This document shows positions 17,818-27,462 of a stretch of DNA of 64,000 nt, one piece after another. Within the stretch, counting starts at the first letter, position 1. Every line of letters begins with the position of its first letter. The translations under genes were made by a program, and so were the position numbers. Origin of the DNA: Nitrospirota bacterium (lineage in GTDB: Bacteria; Nitrospirota; UBA9217); assembly GCA_029858565.1 (NCBI GenBank), contig JAOUEV010000004.1, forward strand, positions 67,157 to 131,156, written 5' to 3'. The notes beneath the pieces are model-generated. The model was given only the letters and a program-made list of their open reading frames with translations. It did no database searches and had not been told where the DNA came from.

Positions 17818-18846
17818 ATGGAAAGAATACTTATCATCAAATTATCAGCGATCGGCGATGTTGTCCAGACCCTGCCGGCACTTGAAGCTATTAAACGCGC
17901 CCTACCTGACAGCAGGATCGACTGGGTCGTTGAGGAGGCTGCCGCAGGTATTCTGGAGGGGCATCCGCTCATCGACCGGTTGCTCGTTTCCCGTAGAAAG
18001 ACCTGGTTTCGATTGCTGAAAAGGCCCAATACCTTTCTTCAGGGGAGCAGGGAGTTAAAGAACTTCATCTCCGAGCTGAAAAAGGTCCGCTATGATATGG
18101 CGATCGATTTTCAGGGGCTTTTAAAGAGCGGTATTGTCATGGGTCTTGCGCGGGCGGACCGCAAGATCGGTTATGCCGGGTCACGGGAGTTCTCCTCGCT
18201 GTTCCTGAATGAACGGCTTCCTGCCTATGACATCGAACGGCATGCTTTGGAACGGTATCTGGACATCGCGCGGTACCTGGGTGCGGTTGATCCGTCATCG
18301 GTATGCGTGCTTCCTATCGATCTTGAAAAGAAACTGATACGGGAACGGCTCTCGATCGCTGTGAGTAAGAATGAGCGCATCGTAGTGCTTAACCCCATGG
18401 CTCGCTGGCAAACCAAACTCTGGCCGGAGGAAAAGTTCTCCCAACTCGCCGATCGCCTGATCAGCGAGCGGAGAGCGGCAGTCATCTTTACCGGCAGTAC
18501 GAATGACCGGGAAGTGATCGACAGGATCATGGGGATGATGAAGCGAAGGGCGCTTAACTGGGCAGGGGATACGACGCTCAAGGAACTGGCCGCGCTGGCG
18601 TCCATCGCGGACCTGTTCATAACAACCGACACCGGCCCCATGCATCTTGCGGCTGCTGCTGGGGGGAGAGTGCTGGCGCTGTTCGGGCCAACAGCGCCAT
18701 GGAGAACAGGTCCCTTTGGCAGCGGCCATAAGGTCGTGCGGAAGGGACTGGACTGTTCACCCTGCTATCAGAGGTCGTGCAGGATCGATGGCCGGTGCAT
18801 GACCTCTTTATCGGTCGATGACGTGATGGATCATTTGCCGTTCTGA
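17818..18846 (+). CDS. Glycosyltransferase family 9, LPS heptosyltransferase (WaaC/WaaF type)
   Basis: ILIIKLSAIGDVV, DFQGLLKS, KLWP, DTGPMHLAAA, LFGPT. Confidence 0.9.
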   Translation: MERILIIKLSAIGDVVQTLPALEAIKRALPDSRIDWVVEEAAAGILEGHPLIDRLLVSRRKTWFRLLKRPNTFLQGSRELKNFISELKKVRYDMAIDFQGLLKSGIVMGLARADRKIGYAGSREFSSLFLNERLPAYDIERHALERYLDIARYLGAVDPSSVCVLPIDLEKKLIRERLSIAVSKNERIVVLNPMARWQTKLWPEEKFSQLADRLISERRAAVIFTGSTNDREVIDRIMGMMKRRALNWAGDTTLKELAALASIADLFITTDTGPMHLAAAAGGRVLALFGPTAPWRTGPFGSGHKVVRKGLDCSPCYQRSCRIDGRCMTSLSVDDVMDHLPF

Positions 18847-19289
18847 GCGATGTGGGTCTCGACGGTCTTTTGTACGTGAAGGATGATCTGGTCCAGCGGC
18901 AGACGCCGGTCATCGAGAGCCCAATAATAGAACTCGTCAAGCGATGAAAATCGGCCGAAAGCGGCATGGCGGGAGAGCAGTGAGCTCCGGGCCGCTTCAT
19001 CAGTGATGATGCCGGCCATTACGAGCTGTTCGAGAAGTGCAGGGAATGCCTGTATCCAGGTGGAGTAGGATCGGCGATGTTCCTGGGCAATTTTATTCTT
19101 TAGCAGATTGAGGACAAGTCGGTAGAGCAGATCCTGGTCCTTGATCGCCCGCTCAGGATCGATGAGTATGGAATACATGCCGATGGCTTGCACGATCTCT
19201 GCATACCTGCCATTCTCAAAATGACTATTAATGTAGGTCTTTACCGTCTCCAGCCTGTCTATTTCCGATACCATTACAAGCTCTGGCAT
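18831..19289 (-). CDS. Hypothetical protein
   Basis: ORF with AGGAGG RBS before MPELV. No recognised motif. Confidence 0.6.
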   Translation of the reverse strand: MPELVMVSEIDRLETVKTYINSHFENGRYAEIVQAIGMYSILIDPERAIKDQDLLYRLVLNLLKNKIAQEHRRSYSTWIQAFPALLEQLVMAGIITDEAARSSLLSRHAAFGRFSSLDEFYYWALDDRRLPLDQIILHVQKTVETHIAQNGK

Positions 19290-19542
19290 GGAACAACCTC
19301 CTTGTTGCTGATGAAATGGCCTTCCCCCGCAGGAATGGTATCGCAATTACATCGTTGACGCAAGTCATTTTTCATTATTATGGCAGGAATGGCACCAACT
19401 TAAGCACAGGTTGACCGTTTTTTTGTTGTGACCATCCTGTCCCGAACTTATTGCAATTTTCCCGAAGCATTGCCTGGGGAAGCATGACCGGAAGAATGAT
19501 CTGAAAGTTCCTGGTATGATCTTCCTGGCGCATAAATTCTCC

Positions 19543-19571
19543 TTGACTTTGAGACAGTTATCTTCTATAGT
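19543..19571 (+). promoter_or_regulatory. sigma70 promoter of ihfA-merR-tRNA
   Basis: TTGACT-N17-TATAGT, 22 bp upstream of the ihfA ATG. Confidence 0.7.
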
Positions 19572-19593
19572 ATGGCTCGTTCGGGAGGTGTTT

Positions 19594-19917
19594 ATGACCA
19601 AGGCGGACATCATCTCAGAAGTTTTTGACAAGGTCGGACTGCCAAAGCAGGACGCTGAGGAGCTTGTCGAGATGATCCTGGACACGATCAAGTTGACCCT
19701 GAAAGAAGGGGAGACCGTCAAACTTTCCGGATTCGGCAATTTCGTTGTTCGCCAGAAGCGGTCACGAAAAGGCAGGAATCCCAAGACCGGCCAGGAGATC
19801 GAGATCACGCCAAGAAGCGTGGTGAGTTTCCGGCCGAGCATGATCTTCAAGGACCATGTCATTGAGACGGACTCGGCGACAGATGGAGCCGTCCCTGCCG
19901 GACAGCCAGCGGAGTAA
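19594..19917 (+). CDS. ihfA: Integration host factor subunit alpha
   Basis: MTKADI, VKLSGFGNF, R.GRNPKTG.EI.I, V.FRPS. GGAGG RBS. Confidence 0.92.
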   Translation: MTKADIISEVFDKVGLPKQDAEELVEMILDTIKLTLKEGETVKLSGFGNFVVRQKRSRKGRNPKTGQEIEITPRSVVSFRPSMIFKDHVIETDSATDGAVPAGQPAE

Positions 19918-20212
19918 GCTCTTCTACCGAATCGGCGAGGTTAGCAGGATCAGCGGCCTTGAACCGTACGTGTTACGGTTCTGGGAAAAGGAATTCCCCC
20001 ATCTCCGTCCCGGCAAGCGCGAGTCGGGTCAGCGTTTGTATACTCAAAAAGACCTGGACAATATCCTTCAGGTGAAGGAACTGTTGTATCAGCAGGGATA
20101 TACTATCCCGGGTGCGAAAAAGAAACTCAGGGGCAGGTCAGGCAAAGACGTTGACGATGTTCTCGATCGGATCTCCCGGGAGATCCGGGAATTGATCGAT
20201 ATTCTCTCCTGA
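19883..20212 (+). CDS. MerR-family transcriptional regulator (ihfA-linked type)
   Basis: [10 protein letters not shown]...[21 protein letters not shown]...LLY.QGYTI.GAKK. Confidence 0.9.
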   Translation: MEPSLPDSQRSKLFYRIGEVSRISGLEPYVLRFWEKEFPHLRPGKRESGQRLYTQKDLDNILQVKELLYQQGYTIPGAKKKLRGRSGKDVDDVLDRISREIRELIDILS

Positions 20213-20226
20213 AAAAAATAATAAAT

Positions 20227-20303
20227 CGGGGCGTGGCGCAGCCTGGTAGCGTACTCGCTTGGGGTGCGAGTGGTCGGCCGTTCAAATCGGCTCGCCCCGA
20301 CCA
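20227..20303 (+). tRNA. tRNA-Pro (anticodon GGG)
   Basis: Acceptor stem CGGGGCG/CGCCCCG, anticodon arm CTCGC-TTGGGGT-GCGAG, T-loop TTCAAAT, encoded CCA. Confidence 0.97.
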
Positions 20304-20311
20304 TTCATAAC

Positions 20312-20347
20312 AGCCATAATCAGCATCAACTGATTATGGCTTTTTTT
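20312..20347 (+). terminator. Rho-independent terminator after tRNA-Pro
   Basis: Stem AGCCATAATCAG/CTGATTATGGCT followed by a T-run. Confidence 0.88.
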
Positions 20348-20397
20348 GTTATAATTCGGCACATAAGTTAGAGGGTATTTTTCACGGCCCTTTCCGA

Positions 20398-20427
20398 TTG
20401 ACTCGTTCAGGCTAAAAGAGTTATAAC
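20398..20427 (+). promoter_or_regulatory. Putative sigma70 promoter at the start of the EPS island
   Basis: TTGACT-N18-TATAAC. Confidence 0.45.
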
Positions 20428-20506
20428 TACCTGTGAATATTAATAAAAACACTCTCGGGCTATTCTTGCAGGCTATTCTTGCTTCATATGTAAAATTGAG
20501 GATGTC

Positions 20507-21046
20507 TTGGTACCTCGTGACTATAATTGGACAAAGACGGTCGTTTTAACCGGTATCGTCGTTTTCACAGCATTCTTTTTTTTAGGCGAGACGCCATCAG
20601 CTCAGGAGCAAAAAGAGAAAAAGCCGCGCTTTGAACTGACGAGCACGACGCTGCGCGATGGTAAAGCAAAACTTGAATGGCTTCTTCAGCAGGATGGCAA
20701 GCCATTTTCACTCTCCTGGTATAAAACGGCGGAATATGTTGCAAGTCTCAACAAGGACCGCCACGTCGGCTTTCGTGACTGGCGGATGCCTACGAGAGAG
20801 GAACTGCTTTCGCTTATCGATTATGCGAAAGGTGAAGGATTCGATGGAAGCGCGGGGCGGGAGATGTTCGTGGTATTGCAAAAAATAGGACTTGCACATG
20901 TGCAGGACGAACACCTGTGGTCAGCTACCGACGATATGTACAATGACCGCTTTGCCTGGGCTGTTGATATGAAGACCGGTGTTCCGGAACGGATCGAAAA
21001 ACACCTGTATGAGAACGTCATTGTTGTACGAAAGATGAAAAAATGA
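20507..21046 (+). CDS. DUF1566 (Lcl C-terminal) domain secreted protein
   Basis: Signal-like N-terminus. LEW, SW..A..Y...LN, GFRDWRMPTREEL.SL, WS.T, AWAVD..TG. Confidence 0.8.
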   Translation: MVPRDYNWTKTVVLTGIVVFTAFFFLGETPSAQEQKEKKPRFELTSTTLRDGKAKLEWLLQQDGKPFSLSWYKTAEYVASLNKDRHVGFRDWRMPTREELLSLIDYAKGEGFDGSAGREMFVVLQKIGLAHVQDEHLWSATDDMYNDRFAWAVDMKTGVPERIEKHLYENVIVVRKMKK

Positions 21047-21118
21047 TGCCCTCGGATACAGTGCGTGCACTATACTTATATGCTCAGTGCAGTGGCAGTT
21101 AGCAGGAAGGGGTGTGAG

Positions 21119-22357
21119 ATGCGCAGCTCTATAACAGACCGAATAGCGAGATCTTTGTTAGATAGCATCCTTCAGGCGGTGCTGCTTTCATTCATAGTTG
21201 CTTCGGCGTCGGGAACAGCGCAGGCCAATACGGTTTTCGCTGGCAATATCAAGCTGATCGAAGGTGTCACTGAGAGCGAATATGTGAAGATCATTCGGCC
21301 TGGATTCACGAAGATACTCGCAGGCAAGCCTGGCGATGCGATTTTCGAAGGCGATACGATCAAGACCGATAAGGGAGTAAAGGTCCAGATCGAGCTGTCC
21401 GATCAGACCATTATTTCGATAGCGCCGAACGGAAACCTGCAGATCGCCGGGTACATGGCTGAGCGGCCGGTTGCGCGCCGAAATACCGTGTTCAAGGTCA
21501 TGAAAGGGACCATGCGATTCATTATTTCCAAGCTCTTCAAGTCGGACGGGAGCGGGGAGCGGTCATGGAAGGATTCGGCCGTGACGATCGAGACCCTGAA
21601 CGCTGTTGCAGGTGTCCGGGGGACGGACTTTTTCACGGTCATTGGAGAGGCGGATGTGGAATTCTCCGTTATTGATGGAGTCGTCGGTGTCAGAAGCGCC
21701 CGACCGGGTGGCAACGGTGAAGTATTGGTAGGTGCGAACCAGATGTCTATAACAAAAATGGGAGGGAAGCCGGGAAGACCGGAAGCGCTTAGTGCAGGGA
21801 GACGCGAGTTACTTCTCCGGATGACGACGCTTGACAAGGCGATGTCGCTCATGAATGATAAACTCGACAAAGCGTTGACAAAGAAAAAGAAGTATGACAA
21901 GAATGCCATTAAGCGGGATCTCGCCGCGGGAAAACCACTCTCAACGGTCATTGATAATGCCGTTGCATCGGGAATGCCGATCGGGGAGGTCATATGCGCC
22001 ACGATCGACGCCGGCGTAAATCCCGGGATCGTTGTCTATACCTGTATCCAGGAGGGATATTCAGCGAGCAAGGTTGTTGAAACCGCGATCACCTGCGGAG
22101 TAGCTCCCAATGTGGTCTTTATATCCGCGGTCTCCGCTGGCGCGGACCAGCAAGCTGTAATCACCGGTGCAGAGGGAGCAGGCATGCCACCAGCCACGAT
22201 CGCGGGGACCCTTACGAATGCAACAGTGATGGATCTTGTGACGATAAGCACGATCGTGGCGGCGATTCCCGTGACGCCGTCTACGGTGTTGCCGCCTGTG
22301 GTCGTCCCGATCGGAGGCGGAGGCGGCACTCCCTCGGCAAGCCCTTATGTACCTTGA
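21119..22357 (+). CDS. FecR-domain secreted protein with 14-aa helical repeats and a Gly-rich ...ASPYVP C-terminus
   Basis: Signal peptide (AQA). GD.I..GDTIKT and T.NAVAGVRGTDF FecR motifs. Gly every 14 aa from 21929 to 22181. Confidence 0.8.
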   Translation: MRSSITDRIARSLLDSILQAVLLSFIVASASGTAQANTVFAGNIKLIEGVTESEYVKIIRPGFTKILAGKPGDAIFEGDTIKTDKGVKVQIELSDQTIISIAPNGNLQIAGYMAERPVARRNTVFKVMKGTMRFIISKLFKSDGSGERSWKDSAVTIETLNAVAGVRGTDFFTVIGEADVEFSVIDGVVGVRSARPGGNGEVLVGANQMSITKMGGKPGRPEALSAGRRELLLRMTTLDKAMSLMNDKLDKALTKKKKYDKNAIKRDLAAGKPLSTVIDNAVASGMPIGEVICATIDAGVNPGIVVYTCIQEGYSASKVVETAITCGVAPNVVFISAVSAGADQQAVITGAEGAGMPPATIAGTLTNATVMDLVTISTIVAAIPVTPSTVLPPVVVPIGGGGGTPSASPYVP

Positions 22358-22434
22358 ACCATCAAGTGATGATCTTCCCGTAGTCAAAACAAAAAAGGTG
22401 ATATTTAAACGCGTTGGTCGCGATAAATATAAAC

Positions 22435-23604
22435 ATGTCTCTGCTAAATTCTCTTATATACATACTTTGTTGTGTATTCGCGATCTCGCTGGCTCCACAG
22501 TTTGCAGGTAGCGCCCAAGCGCTTACCATTGGGAAATCCGAGATTCACCCATTCGTTTCCGTGAAAGAGGTCTTTACGGACAATGTGTTCACGACATCGA
22601 CGAACGAGAAACGGGACAATCTCACCTATTACACCCCGGGTATCAGCCTATCCTATCCATTCAGCGTGCATCGGTTCAATGCGAACTACAGCGCGATACT
22701 TACGCGGTATGATACTTATAAAGCGGAAAAGACCAATGATCAACGGGCGCGGGGTGTTCTTGACCTGAAGTTCGGAAGTCGTTTCAGTCTGTCCTTGTCA
22801 GATGTGTTCGTCAAGGACCATGAACCTCGAAGTTCATCAACCACGGGCTACATTGAGCGCTACCGGAATAACAGCGGTACGGCGTCCCTGATCTATCAAC
22901 TCGTTGACCGATCGAAGGTTCAGATCGATTATTCAAAGATCTCCTGGAAGTTCCGAGACTCGACCTTTCGCGACCGGAAGGAAGACCTGGTTGCGGGATA
23001 TCTTTATTATCGCTTTCTTCCCAAGACCTCCTTTTTCATTGAGTACGACACCAAAAAGGTGGATTTCAGCGAGGCTACTACCCTCTATGACAATACGACG
23101 ACAAGTGGTATAATCGGTCTTACTTGGGAAATCAACAGCCAGTCAAAGGGTACAATCAAGGGAGGCCGCACGGATAAGAAATTCAATGATCCGACAGTAA
23201 AGGACCACGATACATGGACTTCGTCGATCGACATAAGTCATGAATTCACGAAATATACGTCGATCATGATCATAGGTCAGCGCATCATCAACGAATCCAA
23301 CCGGATCGGTGCCCGTTTCTCGATTGTCACCGGGGGCTATGGCGAGGTGGTTCATCGCTTTGGACATCATTTGTCAGCGCTGATTCATGGGTCCCGGGGA
23401 ACGGATGTCTATCCTGATATCTTCACTCCGGAGATGGTTGCGCGGAATGACAGCAACGCCAGCGGAGGCCTTGGGCTGAAATACCTTGTTCGTGACTGGA
23501 TCGAGCTGTCAGGGGATTATACTGTCCGCTCACGGGATTCCAATTTCGGCGCGGCTAATTTCCGTGAGCACCAATACAGTGTGATGCTGTCTGCGACGTT
23601 GTAG
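22435..23604 (+). CDS. Outer-membrane beta-barrel protein of EPS-export clusters
   Basis: Signal peptide, HPF......DNVF start, amphipathic strands, terminal ..R.RDSN....F..H...L..TL. Located upstream of wza. Confidence 0.8.
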   Translation: MSLLNSLIYILCCVFAISLAPQFAGSAQALTIGKSEIHPFVSVKEVFTDNVFTTSTNEKRDNLTYYTPGISLSYPFSVHRFNANYSAILTRYDTYKAEKTNDQRARGVLDLKFGSRFSLSLSDVFVKDHEPRSSSTTGYIERYRNNSGTASLIYQLVDRSKVQIDYSKISWKFRDSTFRDRKEDLVAGYLYYRFLPKTSFFIEYDTKKVDFSEATTLYDNTTTSGIIGLTWEINSQSKGTIKGGRTDKKFNDPTVKDHDTWTSSIDISHEFTKYTSIMIIGQRIINESNRIGARFSIVTGGYGEVVHRFGHHLSALIHGSRGTDVYPDIFTPEMVARNDSNASGGLGLKYLVRDWIELSGDYTVRSRDSNFGAANFREHQYSVMLSATL

Positions 23605-23708
23605 ATCGTATGCTGCCGGGCTCGGAGAGGGCAGTCTCTCAGGCGGAGGGGAAAAGATGCCGCCTTGGTGGTTTCCTCAGGGCCGTTCAGCGATGCCAAC
23701 GAGTGAAC

Positions 23709-24359
23709 ATGTACAGGTATATTCTGCCGCATATTATCATTTGCTATTTCCTGATGCCGGTTGCCGATGTCGCCTGGAGTTGCGAGGAAAGTTCCTGCGC
23801 GGGAACGATAACGAGATTGAGGGGAAGTGTTGTTGTTTTGAGACCTGGTAATGGTGAACAGGGGATGGCGCGCGAAGGGACCTGTATATGTGTAAGTGAC
23901 AAGATTGTTGCCGGTCAGACAGGACGTGCCCAATTGACGCTCAATGACGGAGCATTTCTCGAGCTAGGCAACTCCACGACGGTACGGATCAACCAGTATT
24001 TCTTCGATGCGCAAAAAAGGACCAGAACTGTCAGGGGCAGGGTGCTCACGGGATCTGTCCGTGTCGTGCTCTTTGAAGAGATCGATTCTGGATCTCTGTT
24101 CTATCTTGAAACAGAGCATGCGGCACTGATGGCAGCCCGGACCGCGGATTTTGTGGTGGATGTTACGGCAGACGAAACGACGGTGACTGTGCTGAGAGGA
24201 TCGGCACAGATCAAGAACGCACTTGCGTATGTGATCGGAAGTGAGCGCGCCGGGAAGAACACCCGGGTCGTAGTGAGAAGGAAGGAATCGCCCCATTCCC
24301 CTGCTGCCTTGTCCGCAGAGGAACGGCGCACACTTTTGAAAAAGTATACGACGTATTAG
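23709..24359 (+). CDS. FecR-domain protein
   Basis: G.I..L.GSV.V, D.I..G..GRAQL.L.DG..L.LG..T, ET.HA....RT.DF.V.V. Confidence 0.75.
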   Translation: MYRYILPHIIICYFLMPVADVAWSCEESSCAGTITRLRGSVVVLRPGNGEQGMAREGTCICVSDKIVAGQTGRAQLTLNDGAFLELGNSTTVRINQYFFDAQKRTRTVRGRVLTGSVRVVLFEEIDSGSLFYLETEHAALMAARTADFVVDVTADETTVTVLRGSAQIKNALAYVIGSERAGKNTRVVVRRKESPHSPAALSAEERRTLLKKYTTY

Positions 24360-24392
24360 CAGTATTATCACTGCAGGGTGGAACTGATCATT

Positions 24393-25193
24393 ATGCGATA
24401 CTTACTAACGATCTGCCTGCTTTTCCTCGCCGGAGGACAGGCGATTGCACAACAGGAATATGTTGTAGGCGAAGGCGACCTGCTCCGTATCATCGTCTAT
24501 GACAATCAGGATCTGACGACGGAAGCACGAGTCGGAGGGGACGGGAGGATCACCTTTCCCCTGTTGGGCGAAGTGACCGTGAGCGGTCTTGCGGTAATGG
24601 CCGCAGAAAAGGCTATAGCGGACCGTCTGTCGGAAGGTTATATCATCCATCCGCAGGTCTCTATCTTTGTGGTCGAATATAAGAGCAAGAAGGTGACCAT
24701 GTTAGGCGAGGTGGGGAAGCCGGGCATTGTTGTTCTCCGGGGGGCGTCAACACTCATGGAGGTTATTTCCGACGCAGGAGGCATTACCACCAGTGCCGGC
24801 GAGGCGATCATCATCCAAAGAAAGAATTCACAGCCAGTCGCTGACAAGCGCAACCAGGATGATATCAAGATTCTTATAGACATCAGGAAGCTTTTTGAAG
24901 AGGGAGATCCGGCTGCGAACGTTCCTGTCCTGAATGGCGACTCCGTCTATGTCCCGCGTGCGGCATTCGTCTATGTGAACGGAGAAGTCAAGAATCCGGG
25001 CGCGTACAAGATCACGAAGGGGTTGACAGTACTTAAAGCCATTACTCTTGCCGGCGGATTCACACCAAAAGCGAGCGAACGACGGACCCGGATCATCCGG
25101 AAAGGTACCAGCGGGGAGACCTCGACGCGAGCTAAGATGAACGATCTGATCCTGCCTGATGATATTATTCTAGTGCCGGAAAGTTATTTCTAG
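24393..25193 (+). CDS. wza: Polysaccharide export protein (OPX/Wza family, SLBB domains)
   Basis: Y.VG.GD.L.I.VY...DL, DGRITFPLLGEV, GEV.KPG, GEVKNPG.Y, AGGFT, D.I.VPES.F. Confidence 0.88.
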   Translation: MRYLLTICLLFLAGGQAIAQQEYVVGEGDLLRIIVYDNQDLTTEARVGGDGRITFPLLGEVTVSGLAVMAAEKAIADRLSEGYIIHPQVSIFVVEYKSKKVTMLGEVGKPGIVVLRGASTLMEVISDAGGITTSAGEAIIIQRKNSQPVADKRNQDDIKILIDIRKLFEEGDPAANVPVLNGDSVYVPRAAFVYVNGEVKNPGAYKITKGLTVLKAITLAGGFTPKASERRTRIIRKGTSGETSTRAKMNDLILPDDIILVPESYF

Positions 25194-25228
25194 CCGGCAA
25201 GGTTGCAATTCAGGAGAGGTGGGGCATC

Positions 25229-27462
25229 ATGCAAACGCAGGAACAGGAAGTTCATCTGCTCGATTACTGGAGGGTGCTGGTCAAGCGACGCCAGATCGCA
25301 TTGACGTTCTTTGCTATCCTAGTGGGGCTCGTGGCGCTGTATTCGATCATCGCAACGCCGATCTACCGGGGCACTACCCAGATCCTTCTAGAGCTGGAGA
25401 AAAATCCCGTTATGACATTTACCGAGGGCGGCGGGGCCTTCATCCAGATGCGGGAGTCCTCTGAGTTCTATAAGACACAGATCGAGATACTCGGAAGCCG
25501 CTCCTTCGGTGACCGTGTGGTACGGAAGCTCCAACTGGACAAGAACCCCTATTTCCTTGCACGCAAGGAAAAGATCGCTGGAGGCATCCTAGAATGGATT
25601 GCAAAGCATGCTAGGTCCTTTTTCTCCGGAAGGGAAAAGCGCAGAATCCTATTCAACTGGCAAGTGTCCGTGAAGAAGCCGATGCGTCGATCACCACCGA
25701 CATCCTGAAAAATATGGAGGTTGAGATCGGCAAGGGAAGCAACATTCTGAAGATCTCATATTCGTCCGAGAACCCCACCGTCGCCGCGGCCATGGCAAAC
25801 GGCATCGCGAACAGTTATATCGAGCATTCTCTGGACATTCGGGTAAAGCCGTTCCGGGATGCGGTGGAATGGCTGTCTGCGCGCATGGTCGAATCACGCG
25901 CCAAAGTGGAGGATTCAGAAAGGATCGTTCAGGGATACAAAGAGGTGAAAGGGATCGTTTCGTTTGAGGGCAAAGAGAATGTAATTACCCAGAAACTTCA
26001 GGAACTCGTGACCCAGCTGGTGCAAACGGAAAGTAAGAGGCAGGAGTCCGAGGTCCGCTATCAGCAGATAGAATCTGTGATCGAAAAACCGGAACTGCTG
26101 GCCACAGTGCCGGATATCATGAACAACATCGTGATACAGGGACTGCGGAACGAGGAACTCACGATGCACAAGAGGATCTCCGAGCTGTCAGACAAATACG
26201 GTCCCAAGCATCCCCAGATGATCAAGGCGAGGACGGAGCTGGAAGCGATCCGGCGCAATCTGTTGTCCGAGGCCCGCAAAATGCTGAAAGCCGCTCGTGC
26301 GGACCTCGATATCGCACGGGGGCGGGAACGTTCCCTGCGAAAGGCCATCGACGACCAGAAAAGGGAAGTGCTCGATCTCAGCAGGAAGGCGATCGAGTAT
26401 GAGGTCATCGCGGGCGAAGCCGTGAGCAACAGGCAGTTCTATGAACTTCTGCTCAAAAAGCTCCAGGAAGCGTCGCTTTCCAGCGGTATCATCGCGACCA
26501 ACGTGCAGGTCGTTGACGGCGCAACGGTTCCTGATGCACCTGCATCCCCTCGAAAGTTATTGAATATCCTGATAGCCTCTGTGTTCGGTCTGTTCGGCGG
26601 TGTTTTTATGGCGTTCTTTGTAGAGTATCTCGACGACAGCATCAAAACGCCCGATGACATCGAGAGCGTTCTTTCGGTGCCTTTCCTCGGCTATGTTCCC
26701 GCAACGACCCAGGAGGAAGGGCCGATCTACATGTTCTCGGGACCCCGCGCCGCGATCGCGGAGTCCTACCGGACAATCCGTACCAGCATTATGTTGTCGT
26801 CCACTTTGGAAAAACCGCTGCAGGTCCTTCTGGTGACCAGTTCCACGCCGAACGAAGGTAAAACCACTACAGCAGCGAACCTGGCGGTCGCCATGGCCCA
26901 GATGGGCGAGCGGGTGCTGTTGATCGACACGGACATGCGGCGGCATAACCTGCACAAAGTGTATGGGATTGACAACCTGATCGGCATCAGCGATCTGATC
27001 ATCGATCACGCAAACCTGGATATGGCGTGCCGTACGCTTTCGCATATTCCGAACTTCAGCGTCATTACAGGCGGGACGCTCACGCCGAACCCGTCGGAAC
27101 TACTCGGTTCGAACAGTATGAAGGAGGCTGTTGCGATGCTCCGGGCGCGCTATGACCGCATCATCCTGGACTCGCCACCCGTGATGGCGTTCTCCGACTC
27201 CCTGGTCCTGTCGCGTCTTGCCGACGGCGTCATTTTCGTCGTATGGGGAGGCGTGACATCGCGGGGGCATATCCAAAAGTCGCTCAATGCGATCGCGGGT
27301 GTCGGCACCCGCCTGCTGGGAATCGTGCTGAACAATGTGAAGATAACGGCCAAGGCCTATTCCTATTACCATCCCTATTACAACTACTACTATTACGGCG
27401 AGCACCGCGAGGGTGAGGACAAGGGCAAGAGCAAGAAACGGTCGGTCTTCCGGAAAGGATGA
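25229..27462 (+). pseudogene. wzc: Polysaccharide co-polymerase / BY-kinase Wzc, split by a one-base frameshift (real lesion or assembly error)
   Basis: ORF 25229-25708 is the Wzz-like N-terminus. ORF 25714-27462 has the coiled coil, TM, Walker A TSSTPNEGKTT, DTDMRR, DSPP and a Tyr cluster. The downstream frame is open back to 25615. Confidence 0.85.

Noticed and set aside
19380-19410. Possible sigma54 promoter (TGGCAC)
   Set aside because: No TTGC at the -12 position.
27355-27395. TAC/TAT-rich low-complexity tract
   Set aside because: It encodes the normal C-terminal tyrosine cluster of Wzc and is not a DNA-level repeat element.
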